Source of the DNA: an uncultured delta proteobacterium
Lineage (GTDB): Bacteria > Myxococcota > Myxococcia > Myxococcales > Myxococcaceae
Direction of reading: 5' to 3'
DNA: 64,000 nt
Assembly (NCBI GenBank): GCA_963796055.1
Contig: CAWCKH010000004.1
Location: 1,696,001 to 1,760,000 of the forward strand
Shown piece by piece: positions 9,883-19,191 of the stretch. Position 1 is the first letter of the stretch. Every line of letters starts with the position of its first letter. A program made the translations under genes and the position numbers. The notes beneath the pieces are model-generated. The model made no database searches and was not told where the DNA came from. It saw only the letters and a list, made by a program, of their open reading frames with translations.

Positions 9883-10281
9883 TCAGGCCAGCGGAGCCTT
9901 GCGCTGGCGCCACATCATGTCCTCTGCGGGCGTGAACCTCAGGCTCTCGTACAAGGTGGAGGCCGCCTTCCTGGTGTGGAGCACCCAGCGGATGGTGGGC
10001 TTGTCGCGCATGATCTGCTCGAGCATCGTCCGGGCAATCCCCCGCCGACGGTACGCGGGGTCGACCATCACCGAGCTGATGTAGCCGTTGGTCGCCCCGT
10101 CGGAGATGGCGCGGGCGAATCCCACCAGGCGGTCGCCGTCGTGCGCGGAGGCGACGTCGCGGGCGCCGTCGACTTGCTGGGCGAGAAGGGCGGGCGAGAC
10201 GGCGGCAAACTCACACCTCGCGCGGAGCCGGGCCAGCGCCGCGAGATCGATCTGCTTGTTGTCGCGGTAGGTGATGAGCAT
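9883..10281 (-). CDS. GNAT family N-acetyltransferase
   Basis: LVGFARAISDG, VMVDPAYRRRGIA acetyl-CoA motif A, LYESLRF. Confidence 0.88.
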   Translation of the reverse strand: MLITYRDNKQIDLAALARLRARCEFAAVSPALLAQQVDGARDVASAHDGDRLVGFARAISDGATNGYISSVMVDPAYRRRGIARTMLEQIMRDKPTIRWVLHTRKAASTLYESLRFTPAEDMMWRQRKAPLA

Positions 10282-10463
10282 CGGCGCGCCTGTACCACAG
10301 CCGCGCCGGGAGCGGGGGCAAGCGAGAGAGCGAGCAGGATGGGCAGGATCATCGCTCAGCCGACCTCAGTCGTCGTCCGGCTCCCCGAGCACGTGGAGCA
10401 GGAAGGTCGCGCTGGTCGGGTGTCCGCCTGGGTTGGTGTACGTCGTGGGTTAGCGCCCGGCCC

Positions 10464-11387
10464 TCAGCCGATGCCGAGGCCCGTGACCTTCTCGCTGAGC
10501 GCCCACAGACGCTCGGCCAGCGCCGGGTCCATCGCCCACGGCCGCACCCCGCGCGTCTCCGGCGAGTCGGCGGGCACGGGCTCGGCGACGTTGCAGTCCT
10601 CGCAGTAGACGCCACCGAGGGCATCGAGCTGCCGGTTGACCGCGCACCACACCGTCGTCGCCGCCCCTTGCTCGACCGTCTTCACGGTCTGCACCCGCTT
10701 TTCGAAGGCGGAGATGTCCTCGGGCGTCATGTATCTTGCCAGGCCGGTCCAGATGGCGCCCGGATGCACCGAGAACGCCTTCACGCCACGCGCGTTTGCC
10801 CCGATCGCGAACAGCGCGTTCGCCGACTTCGACTGACCGTAGGCGGCCCAGCGGTCGTAGGGCTTGCGCTCGAAGTTCCAGTCGTCGAAGTCGACCGGCG
10901 CCCGGCGATGGCCGAGCGACGACAGCGACACGATGCGCGGCGCCTGAGCCTTTCGCAGCGCCGGCCACAGCCGCACCGCCAGCTCGAAATGGCCGACGTG
11001 GTTCGTCGCGAACTGCGATTCGATGTTGCGAGCCACCCGGGTCAGTGGGTTTGCCATGATGCCGGCGTTGTTGACCAGCAAGTCGAGCGGTTCGCCCCTC
11101 TTCAGGAAACGTTCAGCGAAGGCGGCGATCGAGGGAGGGTCCGTCAGCTCCATGGCCTCGACGGTCGCGAGCTTCCCGACGGCGGCGCGTGCCTTCTCGA
11201 CGTCGCGGGCGGGGACGATGACGCGGGCTCCGGCCGAGGAGAGGGCACGCGTCGTCTCCAGCCCGATGCCGGCCGAGCCACCCGTGACGACGGCCGTCTT
11301 GCCGCGCAGGTCGTGGCCGCGAATGACGTGAGCGGCGGTCGAGGATTGGTCGAAGTCGGACGCGAGGGGAGCTTGAGGACTGGGCAT
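10464..11387 (-). CDS. Short-chain dehydrogenase/reductase (retinol dehydrogenase-like)
   Basis: TGGSAGIG, NNAG, YGQSK catalytic motif, VHPG. Confidence 0.92.
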   Translation of the reverse strand: MPSPQAPLASDFDQSSTAAHVIRGHDLRGKTAVVTGGSAGIGLETTRALSSAGARVIVPARDVEKARAAVGKLATVEAMELTDPPSIAAFAERFLKRGEPLDLLVNNAGIMANPLTRVARNIESQFATNHVGHFELAVRLWPALRKAQAPRIVSLSSLGHRRAPVDFDDWNFERKPYDRWAAYGQSKSANALFAIGANARGVKAFSVHPGAIWTGLARYMTPEDISAFEKRVQTVKTVEQGAATTVWCAVNRQLDALGGVYCEDCNVAEPVPADSPETRGVRPWAMDPALAERLWALSEKVTGLGIG

Positions 11388-11556
11388 GCGCGCATGCATA
11401 ACGCGGTCGCTGCGGACGCGGCGTGGCGGGTTCTGAGCGAAACGCCAAGGGCTCTTCTCCGGCGAAGCGTCACTTCGAGTTCACACGACGGCTCCGGTTT
11501 CGCCGCCTGCGGCCGCGAGGAAGGCGGCTCCCTCCACGTCCTACTCGGGAGACCGC

Positions 11557-13521
11557 ATGAAGACCCGCCTCGCCGCAGCAACCATGATCGCGGCGCTCGC
11601 AGCCGGATGCAGCGACGAAACGCAGCCGACCGCGGAGAAGAACGTCGTCATCTTCGTCTGGGACGGCCTGCGTCCCGACAGCCCGAACGCGACGGACACG
11701 CCGAACCTCCTGGCTCTCCGAGGAGGTGGAGTGGACTTCCAGGACAACCACTCGACCTATCCCACGTTCACGATGATGAACTCCGCGTCGTTCGCCACCG
11801 GTGGCTTTCCGGGCACGACTGGCTTCTACGGGAACACGCTCTGGGCGAACGGACCGGCCACCGGCGGCAAGAGCTCCTCCGGAGGCAACGTCGATCTCCA
11901 CCAGCCGATCTTCACCGAGGACTGGGGGGTGCTCGACTCGCTCCGAAGCTTCTATTCGGGGAACCTGCTCCTGGTGAAGACGCTGTTCGAGGCGGCCCAC
12001 GACAAGGGGCTCAAGACCGCCGCGGTGGGCAAGTCCGGCGCGGCCTACCTCCAGGACTACAAGCGCGGCGGAGACATCGTCGACGAGAACTTCATCTGGC
12101 CCGAGTCGCTCGCCCGGGAGGTGGCGGCGAGCTCGCCCCTCCCCCGCAACACCCAGTTCGCGTACGACGCGGGGACGTTCAGCACCGTCACCCTCCCCGA
12201 CGGCGGCCCGGGCCCGAACCCCACCGCGGCGGGCGCGGTCGTCCGCCTCGCGGACAAGGTGACCGCCGATCCCACCGCCGATGCCGGCTCGCCCAACAAC
12301 AACCAGAACAAGTACATGATGGACGTCTTCACCCAGGTGGTCCTGCCCAAGGACAAGCCTCGGCTGACGCTGGTCTGGTTCCGGAGCCCGGACTCGACCG
12401 AGCACCCGTACGGCCCGGGGACTGCCCAGTACCGCGATTCGCTCCGGTCCCAGGACGCGCTGCTCGGGGAGTTGATGGACGGCCTGCGCGCGAGCGGGAT
12501 GGATCAGTCCACCGACATCATCGTGGTCTCGGACCACGGCCACACGTCGGTCAGCGGTCCGCTGGCCACCTTCCCGCTCCGGAGCATCGCCGGCGGCGCT
12601 GCGGACGCGATCGACCCGAACGGGTTCAGCGTGTCCGGCGACGTCCGCACCGCTGACCTCATCGCCCGGGTCAACCTGGGCTTCGCCGCCTGGGACGGGA
12701 ACAACTGCACCGACAGCCCCACCCTCTCCGGCATCAAGGCCGACGGAAGCGAGGTTTACACGAGCGTGGTGGCCTCCGGACCCTGCATGGGCCTGACCAC
12801 CGGTGACTTCCGGCTTCCCGCGACCCTCGGGGCCAGCGACGTGGTGATCGCCGCCAATGGGGGGAGCGAGTACTTCTACGTCCCGAGCGGCGATGCCACC
12901 CAGGTCGGCACGCTGGTCGCCTTCCTCCAGTCACGCGAGGAGTTCGGGGCGATCTTCGTGGCCAGCAAGTACGGAAACGTGCCCGGGACGCTCCCGCTCA
13001 CCCGCATCAGGGTCGAGAGCAACGCCCAGCGGACTCCGGACGTGGTCGCCAGCTTCAGCTGGGACGACCAGGCGGTGGTCCAGGGCCTGAAGGGCATCGA
13101 GTTCGAGAGCATGCAGCGGAATCGAGGCATGCACGGAACCTTCGGGACCGTGGACGTCCACAACTCGCTCTTCGCACGGGGACCGGACTTCAAGAGCGGC
13201 TTCGCCGACACGCTGCCCTCCGGCAACATCGACGTGGCACCGACCGCGGCGCGCATCCTGGCTCTGGATCTGCCGGGCACCGACGGACGCGTGCTGGAGG
13301 AGGCACTGGCCGGCGGCCCGGCGGCGAACGCGTACAGCGTCGTTTCCGACGTCGTCACCTCGAGCCCCAGCGTGTCGATGGTGATGAAGCTCCCGACCAG
13401 CCCCGATGGGACGGACACCGACGGGAACAAGACCTACACGGTCGAGCTGCACGTCAAGAACCTGACTCGCGGCTCGGAGAGCAAGACCTACTTCGACTAC
13501 GCCCGGGCCATCCGGCAGTGA
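11557..13521 (+). CDS. Alkaline phosphatase superfamily (nucleotide pyrophosphatase/phosphodiesterase-like) lipoprotein
   Basis: Lipobox LAAGC; VWDGLRPD, PTFT nucleophile, PDSTEH, SDHGH and GMHG metal ligands. Confidence 0.88.
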   Translation: MKTRLAAATMIAALAAGCSDETQPTAEKNVVIFVWDGLRPDSPNATDTPNLLALRGGGVDFQDNHSTYPTFTMMNSASFATGGFPGTTGFYGNTLWANGPATGGKSSSGGNVDLHQPIFTEDWGVLDSLRSFYSGNLLLVKTLFEAAHDKGLKTAAVGKSGAAYLQDYKRGGDIVDENFIWPESLAREVAASSPLPRNTQFAYDAGTFSTVTLPDGGPGPNPTAAGAVVRLADKVTADPTADAGSPNNNQNKYMMDVFTQVVLPKDKPRLTLVWFRSPDSTEHPYGPGTAQYRDSLRSQDALLGELMDGLRASGMDQSTDIIVVSDHGHTSVSGPLATFPLRSIAGGAADAIDPNGFSVSGDVRTADLIARVNLGFAAWDGNNCTDSPTLSGIKADGSEVYTSVVASGPCMGLTTGDFRLPATLGASDVVIAANGGSEYFYVPSGDATQVGTLVAFLQSREEFGAIFVASKYGNVPGTLPLTRIRVESNAQRTPDVVASFSWDDQAVVQGLKGIEFESMQRNRGMHGTFGTVDVHNSLFARGPDFKSGFADTLPSGNIDVAPTAARILALDLPGTDGRVLEEALAGGPAANAYSVVSDVVTSSPSVSMVMKLPTSPDGTDTDGNKTYTVELHVKNLTRGSESKTYFDYARAIRQ

Positions 13522-14138
13522 TTCACGCCGCTCTGCTTCTGCTGCTCGCCGCAGCCCCGCGCTGGGAGGACGCGTTCCCTGCGCGGGGAGCACCACCGCC
13601 GGTGCACGCCACCGTGCGGCTGGTGGACGCCGGGGGGAAGGAGCATCGGCTGGAGCTGTGGCGGCGCAGGGACCAGGTGCGCCGGGACACGGATGGCGCG
13701 CGAAGCATCTACGCCACCCGCGTCGGCCAGGAGGTCCGGATGGTGGTCGTGGACCTCGCGGCCCGCACGAGCTTCTCCGTCACCCGGACCAACCTGGCAC
13801 GCATCGGGACGCTCACCGACTTCGACGGTCTGGCGCGGCTCATCTCTCCGCCGGCGGGGAAGAGCACCCTCGCCGTCAACCGCAGTGATCGGCGCTTCCT
13901 CGGCATCCGCTGCCGGATGGTGGCGCTCGAGCGGCAGGACGGGCTCAAGGAAGAGATCTGCTGGTCCGCGGCCCTGGCCCTCCCGCTCTGGGTGGACGCG
14001 CTGCGGGACGGCCGCCGCACCCGGGTGCTGGAGGTGCTGTCCCAGGAGCCGCTCCGTCCGGAGGCCGCGTCGTCGCTCACGCCGCCCAACGTCGGCCTGG
14101 TCCAGCTGGACGCCGATCGAGAGATCTCCCCGGACTGA
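13518..14138 (+). CDS. Secreted hypothetical protein coupled to the phosphatase
   Basis: GTGA overlap with the upstream gene; hydrophobic N-terminus; beta-rich with two Cys. Confidence 0.7.
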   Translation: MIHAALLLLLAAAPRWEDAFPARGAPPPVHATVRLVDAGGKEHRLELWRRRDQVRRDTDGARSIYATRVGQEVRMVVVDLAARTSFSVTRTNLARIGTLTDFDGLARLISPPAGKSTLAVNRSDRRFLGIRCRMVALERQDGLKEEICWSAALALPLWVDALRDGRRTRVLEVLSQEPLRPEAASSLTPPNVGLVQLDADREISPD

Positions 14139-14327
14139 GCTCCATTCGTAGCGGAGCGCGTCGATCGGATCGAGCTGGCTGGGTCAGGTTCGGCGCGAAT
14201 TCTGCGCCCATCTACCGATTTCCCGCAAAGCATGCGTGAGAACCCGGTGCACTGCGTAACGCTCCTCTGAGCCTCCAAGGAGCGAAAATTGCACCGCTTT
14301 CACCGGCGCACGTCGAGGAGGTTCTCC

Positions 14328-15113
14328 ATGCGAGCGCTGCGCGAAGCCCTTCTCTTCAGCCTATTCACTCTGTCGATCGTGCTGACGGGCTGTTCGAAAC
14401 CCGAAGAGCCGGCGGTACTCCACCGAGCTCTAGGCAACGAGTACGCAAGGAAGGCCGACTGGGCAGCGGCCGCAAGCGAGTATGGCCTTTCGGTGCAAGC
14501 GAATCCACACGACCGCAAGGTGTGGGAGCTGAAAGCCAACGCGCACCTCAGGCTTGGCCAACTGCGCCAAGCCGCAGAGAGCCTGGGGAAGCCGGCGGAG
14601 TACACGTCGGATCCAATCGCCAAGGCGGAGGCCTATCGACTTGTTGCAAGCTTGTACGTCGAGCATAGAGAATTCGGTGAAGCAGAGAAGGCCTTCGCCG
14701 AGGCATTTAAATTCGACCCGCGTGATGAGCTTTCCTTGTCGTGGCTGGGAGAATTCGCATCCACCCGCGGCGGCGCTCGATCGCCGAAAGATCCACCGGA
14801 TCCGGCCTGGTTGAAGAAGGCGATCGCATACTACGATCAAGCAATCTTATTGAATCCAGATAATCTCTTCGCGTATGTCAACAAACGCGTCGCCATCAAC
14901 AAGTACATTGTGTTTGAACAACAGGAGAAAGCTCTGGCGGATCGGCTCATTCAACTCGAGCGTAGGGACGCAGCCAAGGTGGCCGCAGCGCGGACACACT
15001 TGACTGAATCCACCGCGCGAATTGAAGGTTTCGAAAAAGAAATTGAGGAGCTGAGCAAGAAGATCACCGAGCTGGTGGCAGCCCAGAAGGCCAAGAAGCC
15101 CGGTACGAGCTAA
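14328..15113 (+). CDS. TPR-repeat lipoprotein with coiled-coil tail
   Basis: GAGGAGG RBS; lipobox LTGC; TPR-like repeats (AEKAFAEAFKFDP, YYDQAILLNPDN). Confidence 0.8.
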   Translation: MRALREALLFSLFTLSIVLTGCSKPEEPAVLHRALGNEYARKADWAAAASEYGLSVQANPHDRKVWELKANAHLRLGQLRQAAESLGKPAEYTSDPIAKAEAYRLVASLYVEHREFGEAEKAFAEAFKFDPRDELSLSWLGEFASTRGGARSPKDPPDPAWLKKAIAYYDQAILLNPDNLFAYVNKRVAINKYIVFEQQEKALADRLIQLERRDAAKVAAARTHLTESTARIEGFEKEIEELSKKITELVAAQKAKKPGTS

Positions 15114-15325
15114 CAACGCTCGGCACTTGGGGCTCCGTTGGGCGAACCGTTCACCGGTGATCACCGCTGCGCGGGCGGACTGTTCCTGGGGTGGTTGCTG
15201 CTCGGCCTGCTCCTTGGGCTGCTTGGACTGGCGCTTCGAGTTTGACTACGAGGACTCGACCACCCTCTCGCGCCGCCCGCGCGCGTCGGCGGCCCGCGCT
15301 CGAAGGTGCCTTGGAGGAGACCGAC

Positions 15326-16999
15326 ATGAACGACCCATTCACAGGCCACGCGCTCGCCGGGGCGCCGGCGTGGCTGCCGCACGGCGTGTCTCTGCTGCGC
15401 GAGCCGACGCTCAACAAGGGCATGGCATTCACGGAGGCCGAACGTGATGCGCTGGACCTGCGCGGTCTCCTCCCTCCGAGCGTGCTGTCGCAGGAGCAAC
15501 AGGAGGCGCGGGTCCTCGAGAACTTCCGCCGCAAGGCGTCGGACCTCGAGAAGTACATCGACCTGAACGCCCTCCACGATCGCAACGAGGCGCTCTTCTT
15601 TCGCACCCTCGTCGACCACCCGGACGAGATGCTGCCGATCATCTACACGCCGACGGTCGGCCTGGCCTGCCAGCAGTTTGGCCACATCTTCCAGCGGCCC
15701 AGGGGGCTCTTCGTCGGCGCCAACGATCGCGGGCGCATCGCCAAGGTGCTGGGCAACTGGCCCTATCACGGTGTGCGGATCATCGTCGTCACCGACGGTG
15801 AGCGGATCCTCGGCCTGGGCGACCTCGGCGCCAATGGCATGGGGATTCCCGTCGGCAAGCTCGCGCTCTACACGGCCGCGGCCGGCATCCATCCAACGCA
15901 TTGCCTCCCGGTGATGCTCGACGTCGGCACCAACAACGAGGCGCTGCGCAGCGATCCGTTCTACGTCGGGCTGCAGCAGCCGCGGCTGACCGGGGCACCT
16001 TACGACGAGCTGGTCGAGGAATTCATCGCTGCCACGCAGGAGGTCTTCCCGGGCGTCCTGGTCCAGTTCGAGGACTTCGCCAACCACAGCGCGTTCCGCT
16101 TGCTCGCGAAGTACTCCGACCGCATCTGCACCTTCAACGACGACATCCAGGGCACGGCCGCCGTCGCGCTCGCCGGCATCCTCTCGGCGTTGCGGGTCAC
16201 CGAGGGCACGCTTGCGGCCCAGAGGCTCCTCTTCTGCGGCGCGGGCGAAGCCGCGACCGGCATTGCCGACCTGGTCGTCGACGCCATGGCCGCCTCCGGT
16301 GTGCCGAGGCCCACCGCGCGCGGCTGTTGCTGGCTCACCGACACACAGGGGCTCGTGGTGAAGGGCCGCGCCAACCTCGCGGAGCACAAGCGTCCATACG
16401 CCCACGAGCACGCGCCGATCCGCGATTTCCTCGGGGCGGTCAGAGCGCTGGAGCCCACGGTCATCATCGGCGTCGCCGCCACCTGCGGAACGTTCGCCCG
16501 CGAGGTCGTCGCGGAGATGGGGCGGCTGAACAAGCGACCCATCATCTTCGCGCTTTCGAATCCCACGTCGAAATCCGAATGCACGGCAGAGCAGGCCTAT
16601 CAATGGAGCGACGGGCGGGTGCTGTTCGCCTCCGGCAGCCCGTTCGACCCCGTGACCCATGGCGGCAAGACGTTCGTCCCGCGACAGGGCAACAACGCGT
16701 ACATCTTCCCGGGAGTGGGCCTGGGCGCCATCGCCAGCCGCGCGCGGCGGATCACCGAGTCGATGTTTCTCGCCGCCGCGAAGACGCTCGCCGCTCAGGT
16801 CGGCGAAGCCGATCTCGCGCAGGGCAGCCTCTATCCGCCACTGGCAAACATCCGCGAGGTGTCTGCGCGGATCGCCGCCGCCGTCGCCGATGTCGCGTTC
16901 CGGAGCGATCTCGCCGGAATCGACCGGCCGGCCGATCTGCTCGCGTACGTCCGCGGGCAGATGTACGACCCCCATTACCACACGTACGTATCGGGGTAG
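15326..16999 (+). CDS. maeA: NAD-dependent malic enzyme (large-subunit type)
   Basis: NKGMAFT, PIIYTPTVG, VTDGERILGLGD, QFEDF, FNDDIQGT, GAGEA, LSNPT, QGNNAYIFPG; GGAGGAG RBS. Confidence 0.95.
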   Translation: MNDPFTGHALAGAPAWLPHGVSLLREPTLNKGMAFTEAERDALDLRGLLPPSVLSQEQQEARVLENFRRKASDLEKYIDLNALHDRNEALFFRTLVDHPDEMLPIIYTPTVGLACQQFGHIFQRPRGLFVGANDRGRIAKVLGNWPYHGVRIIVVTDGERILGLGDLGANGMGIPVGKLALYTAAAGIHPTHCLPVMLDVGTNNEALRSDPFYVGLQQPRLTGAPYDELVEEFIAATQEVFPGVLVQFEDFANHSAFRLLAKYSDRICTFNDDIQGTAAVALAGILSALRVTEGTLAAQRLLFCGAGEAATGIADLVVDAMAASGVPRPTARGCCWLTDTQGLVVKGRANLAEHKRPYAHEHAPIRDFLGAVRALEPTVIIGVAATCGTFAREVVAEMGRLNKRPIIFALSNPTSKSECTAEQAYQWSDGRVLFASGSPFDPVTHGGKTFVPRQGNNAYIFPGVGLGAIASRARRITESMFLAAAKTLAAQVGEADLAQGSLYPPLANIREVSARIAAAVADVAFRSDLAGIDRPADLLAYVRGQMYDPHYHTYVSG

Positions 17000-17027
17000 A
17001 GCGACGACCTGAGTGCGCCCCTGGTAC

Positions 17028-17858
17028 TCAGAGGTCAGCCGCTCCCAGCCGGCGCATCGCCACCAGGACCGGGAGCACGAGCCAGAGGACGAGGCTCCCA
17101 CCCAGGGCGAGCGTTGCCCCCAGCGGTCCGTGGGTGAAGCGCAGCAGCGCCAGTGACGCTGCCCCGAATGCCGCGGTTCCCTCGAGGAGCAGCAGCTCGG
17201 CTGTGCGCAGCGCCGATGCCGGATTCACCAGGACGGAGACGATGAGCACCCGCGAGCCGAGCCCCGACGGCAGGAGGGTGCAGAGACCGAGGGCGATCAG
17301 GTCGAGAAAGATGACCGCCCCGAACCACACCACCAGTGCCACAGCGATCGCCCGGGTGCGCTTCTGGCCCGGCGCACCGGAGGCGATTGCGCCCGCCAGG
17401 CCGAGGAAGATTCCGGTGAGCACCGCCGCCCCGGCCACCAGGAGCAGATAGCTCCCCAGCCCGAGCTGGTCGGTCTTCCAGTAGATGAGCGCCCCCGCGG
17501 CCCCGAAACCGATTGCCTCGGCGCCGACCAGTGCCGCGCCCAGGCCGAGGAGCTTTCCGAGCAGGATGTCGCGGCGGGCGAGCGGCTGAGCGAAGAGCAG
17601 CTCCATGGAGCCCCGCTCCCCGGAGAGGGCCACCACCCCCAGGAGCAGGGCCATCAAGGGCACCACCAGCAGAACCAGCTGCAGCAGCGAGGCGGCGGTG
17701 CGGGCGAAGTCCTGGACCCCCACGCCTCCGGTGAGCACGTAGCCCGAGCCCGCCACGGCCAGCGCCAGCAGAGCGAAGACCGCCGCGAAGATCTGGATCG
17801 AACGCGCGCGGGCCGAGAGCAGCAGCTCCTGCCGGGCGACGAGAAGGAGCGCGTTCAT
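17028..17858 (-). CDS. nosY: NosY, ABC permease for CuZ maturation
   Basis: Six TM helices, ERGSMELLFAQPLARRDILLGK motif; last gene of the nos operon. Confidence 0.9.
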   Translation of the reverse strand: MNALLLVARQELLLSARARSIQIFAAVFALLALAVAGSGYVLTGGVGVQDFARTAASLLQLVLLVVPLMALLLGVVALSGERGSMELLFAQPLARRDILLGKLLGLGAALVGAEAIGFGAAGALIYWKTDQLGLGSYLLLVAGAAVLTGIFLGLAGAIASGAPGQKRTRAIAVALVVWFGAVIFLDLIALGLCTLLPSGLGSRVLIVSVLVNPASALRTAELLLLEGTAAFGAASLALLRFTHGPLGATLALGGSLVLWLVLPVLVAMRRLGAADL

Positions 17859-18298
17859 CGTGCCGCCTCCCGTGGAGCCTCGCCGAACACCTCCCGGAAC
17901 TCCAACGGACGGCCGCCCGTCGCGGCGGGATCGGAATCCCGGGAACCTTGGTCCTGGTAGGCGAGGACGTGCGAGCCCATGGGCGTGGAGGCGGCCGGCT
18001 GGAGCACGTAGGAGGCCTCCCGGGCCGGCACCCAGGCTCCGCTGCGGCGATCGGCGACGTAGGCCACTGCCCCCCCGCGCGGCGGATGTTCGCGGAGGTA
18101 GCGGGCCAGACAGCCCACGTCATCGAAGAACAGCGGCTCCTCTCCGGCAGCGACCAGCTGCGCAGCAGTCCGCGGATCGGAGACCAGCATCCGGCAGCTG
18201 GCACAGGCATCGTTCCGGGTGTCGAGGGCAGCGGGAGGCGGCGGGCCTCGGGAGCAGGCCAGAGCGCCGACGACCACGAGGAGCGCCATCCTGCTCAC
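17855..18298 (-). CDS. nosL: NosL copper chaperone lipoprotein
   Basis: Lipobox ALAC; CASCRM, FDDVGC and TPMG motifs; GTGA/ATGA coupling to both neighbours. Confidence 0.9.
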   Translation of the reverse strand: MSRMALLVVVGALACSRGPPPPAALDTRNDACASCRMLVSDPRTAAQLVAAGEEPLFFDDVGCLARYLREHPPRGGAVAYVADRRSGAWVPAREASYVLQPAASTPMGSHVLAYQDQGSRDSDPAATGGRPLEFREVFGEAPREAAR

Positions 18299-19191
18299 GA
18301 CGCGACCCCCAGCTCGCGGTAGAGGTCCTCGAGCCCACCCTCGGTCGACGAGAGCGCCCGCAGCGCGATACCCGCCCCGCGCACCGCCTCCACCACGTGG
18401 GCCCGCTCCTCCGGCGACCCTCGCACCGCGAGGAACCGGCCATCCCACTCCGGCGCGCCGGCGAGCGTGCTCACGCCGGCGAGGAGCTCGGGCGGGCAGC
18501 GGTCCAGCTCCAGCCGCAGCGTTCCGCCGAGGGCCAGGCGCCTCTCCAGCTCGGGGCGGCTGAGCTCGGCCGCGAGCCGTCCCTCCACCAGGATCACCAC
18601 CCGGTCGGCGAGCTGCTGCACATCCTCCAGCTGGTGCGAGGTGAAGAGCACCGCGCTCCCTCGCTCTCTGGCGGCGCCGATCAGCCGCCGCATCGCCTGC
18701 ATCCCCGGAGCATCGAGCGAGGCGGTGGGCTCGTCGAGTAGCAGCACCTCGGCCTCGGGCAGCGCCGCCACCGCCAGCCCGAGCCGCTGGAGCATCCCGC
18801 CGGAGTAGGTGCTCACCATCCGGCCCGAGGCGCCGTTGAGGGCGGCCAGCGTCAGCGCCTGCTGCCCCTTTCCTGGCGGCGCCGAGCGCAACTGCCCGTA
18901 GAAGTCCACCACCTCGGCGCCGGTGAGCGCGCCGGGGAAAGTCACCCGCTGCGGAAGGAAGGAGATGGTCCGGCGGGAGCCGGGGAGGTGCGCGGGCAGT
19001 CGGTCCTTTCCCAGCAGGACCTCGCCCGAGGTGGGATGGAGCAACCCGGCGGCAGCCTTGAGCGAGGTGGTCTTCCCCGAGCCGTTGGGCCCCACCACTG
19101 CCACCACCTCGCCGCGTTTCACCGAGAAGCTCAGGCCGCGCAGCGCGGCCTGCCTCCCGTACCACTTCGAGACTTCGCGGAAGATGATCAC
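18295..19191 (-). CDS. nosF: NosF ABC ATPase
   Basis: GPNGSGKT, YSGGM signature, LLLDEP, SH switch. Confidence 0.92.
   Translation of the reverse strand: MIIFREVSKWYGRQAALRGLSFSVKRGEVVAVVGPNGSGKTTSLKAAAGLLHPTSGEVLLGKDRLPAHLPGSRRTISFLPQRVTFPGALTGAEVVDFYGQLRSAPPGKGQQALTLAALNGASGRMVSTYSGGMLQRLGLAVAALPEAEVLLLDEPTASLDAPGMQAMRRLIGAARERGSAVLFTSHQLEDVQQLADRVVILVEGRLAAELSRPELERRLALGGTLRLELDRCPPELLAGVSTLAGAPEWDGRFLAVRGSPEERAHVVEAVRGAGIALRALSSTEGGLEDLYRELGVAS

Noticed and set aside
10068..10460. Signal-peptide-like ORF MILPILLALSLAPAPG and upstream fragment
   Set aside because: It runs out of frame into the GNAT gene; possibly another scar, but I cannot assign it.
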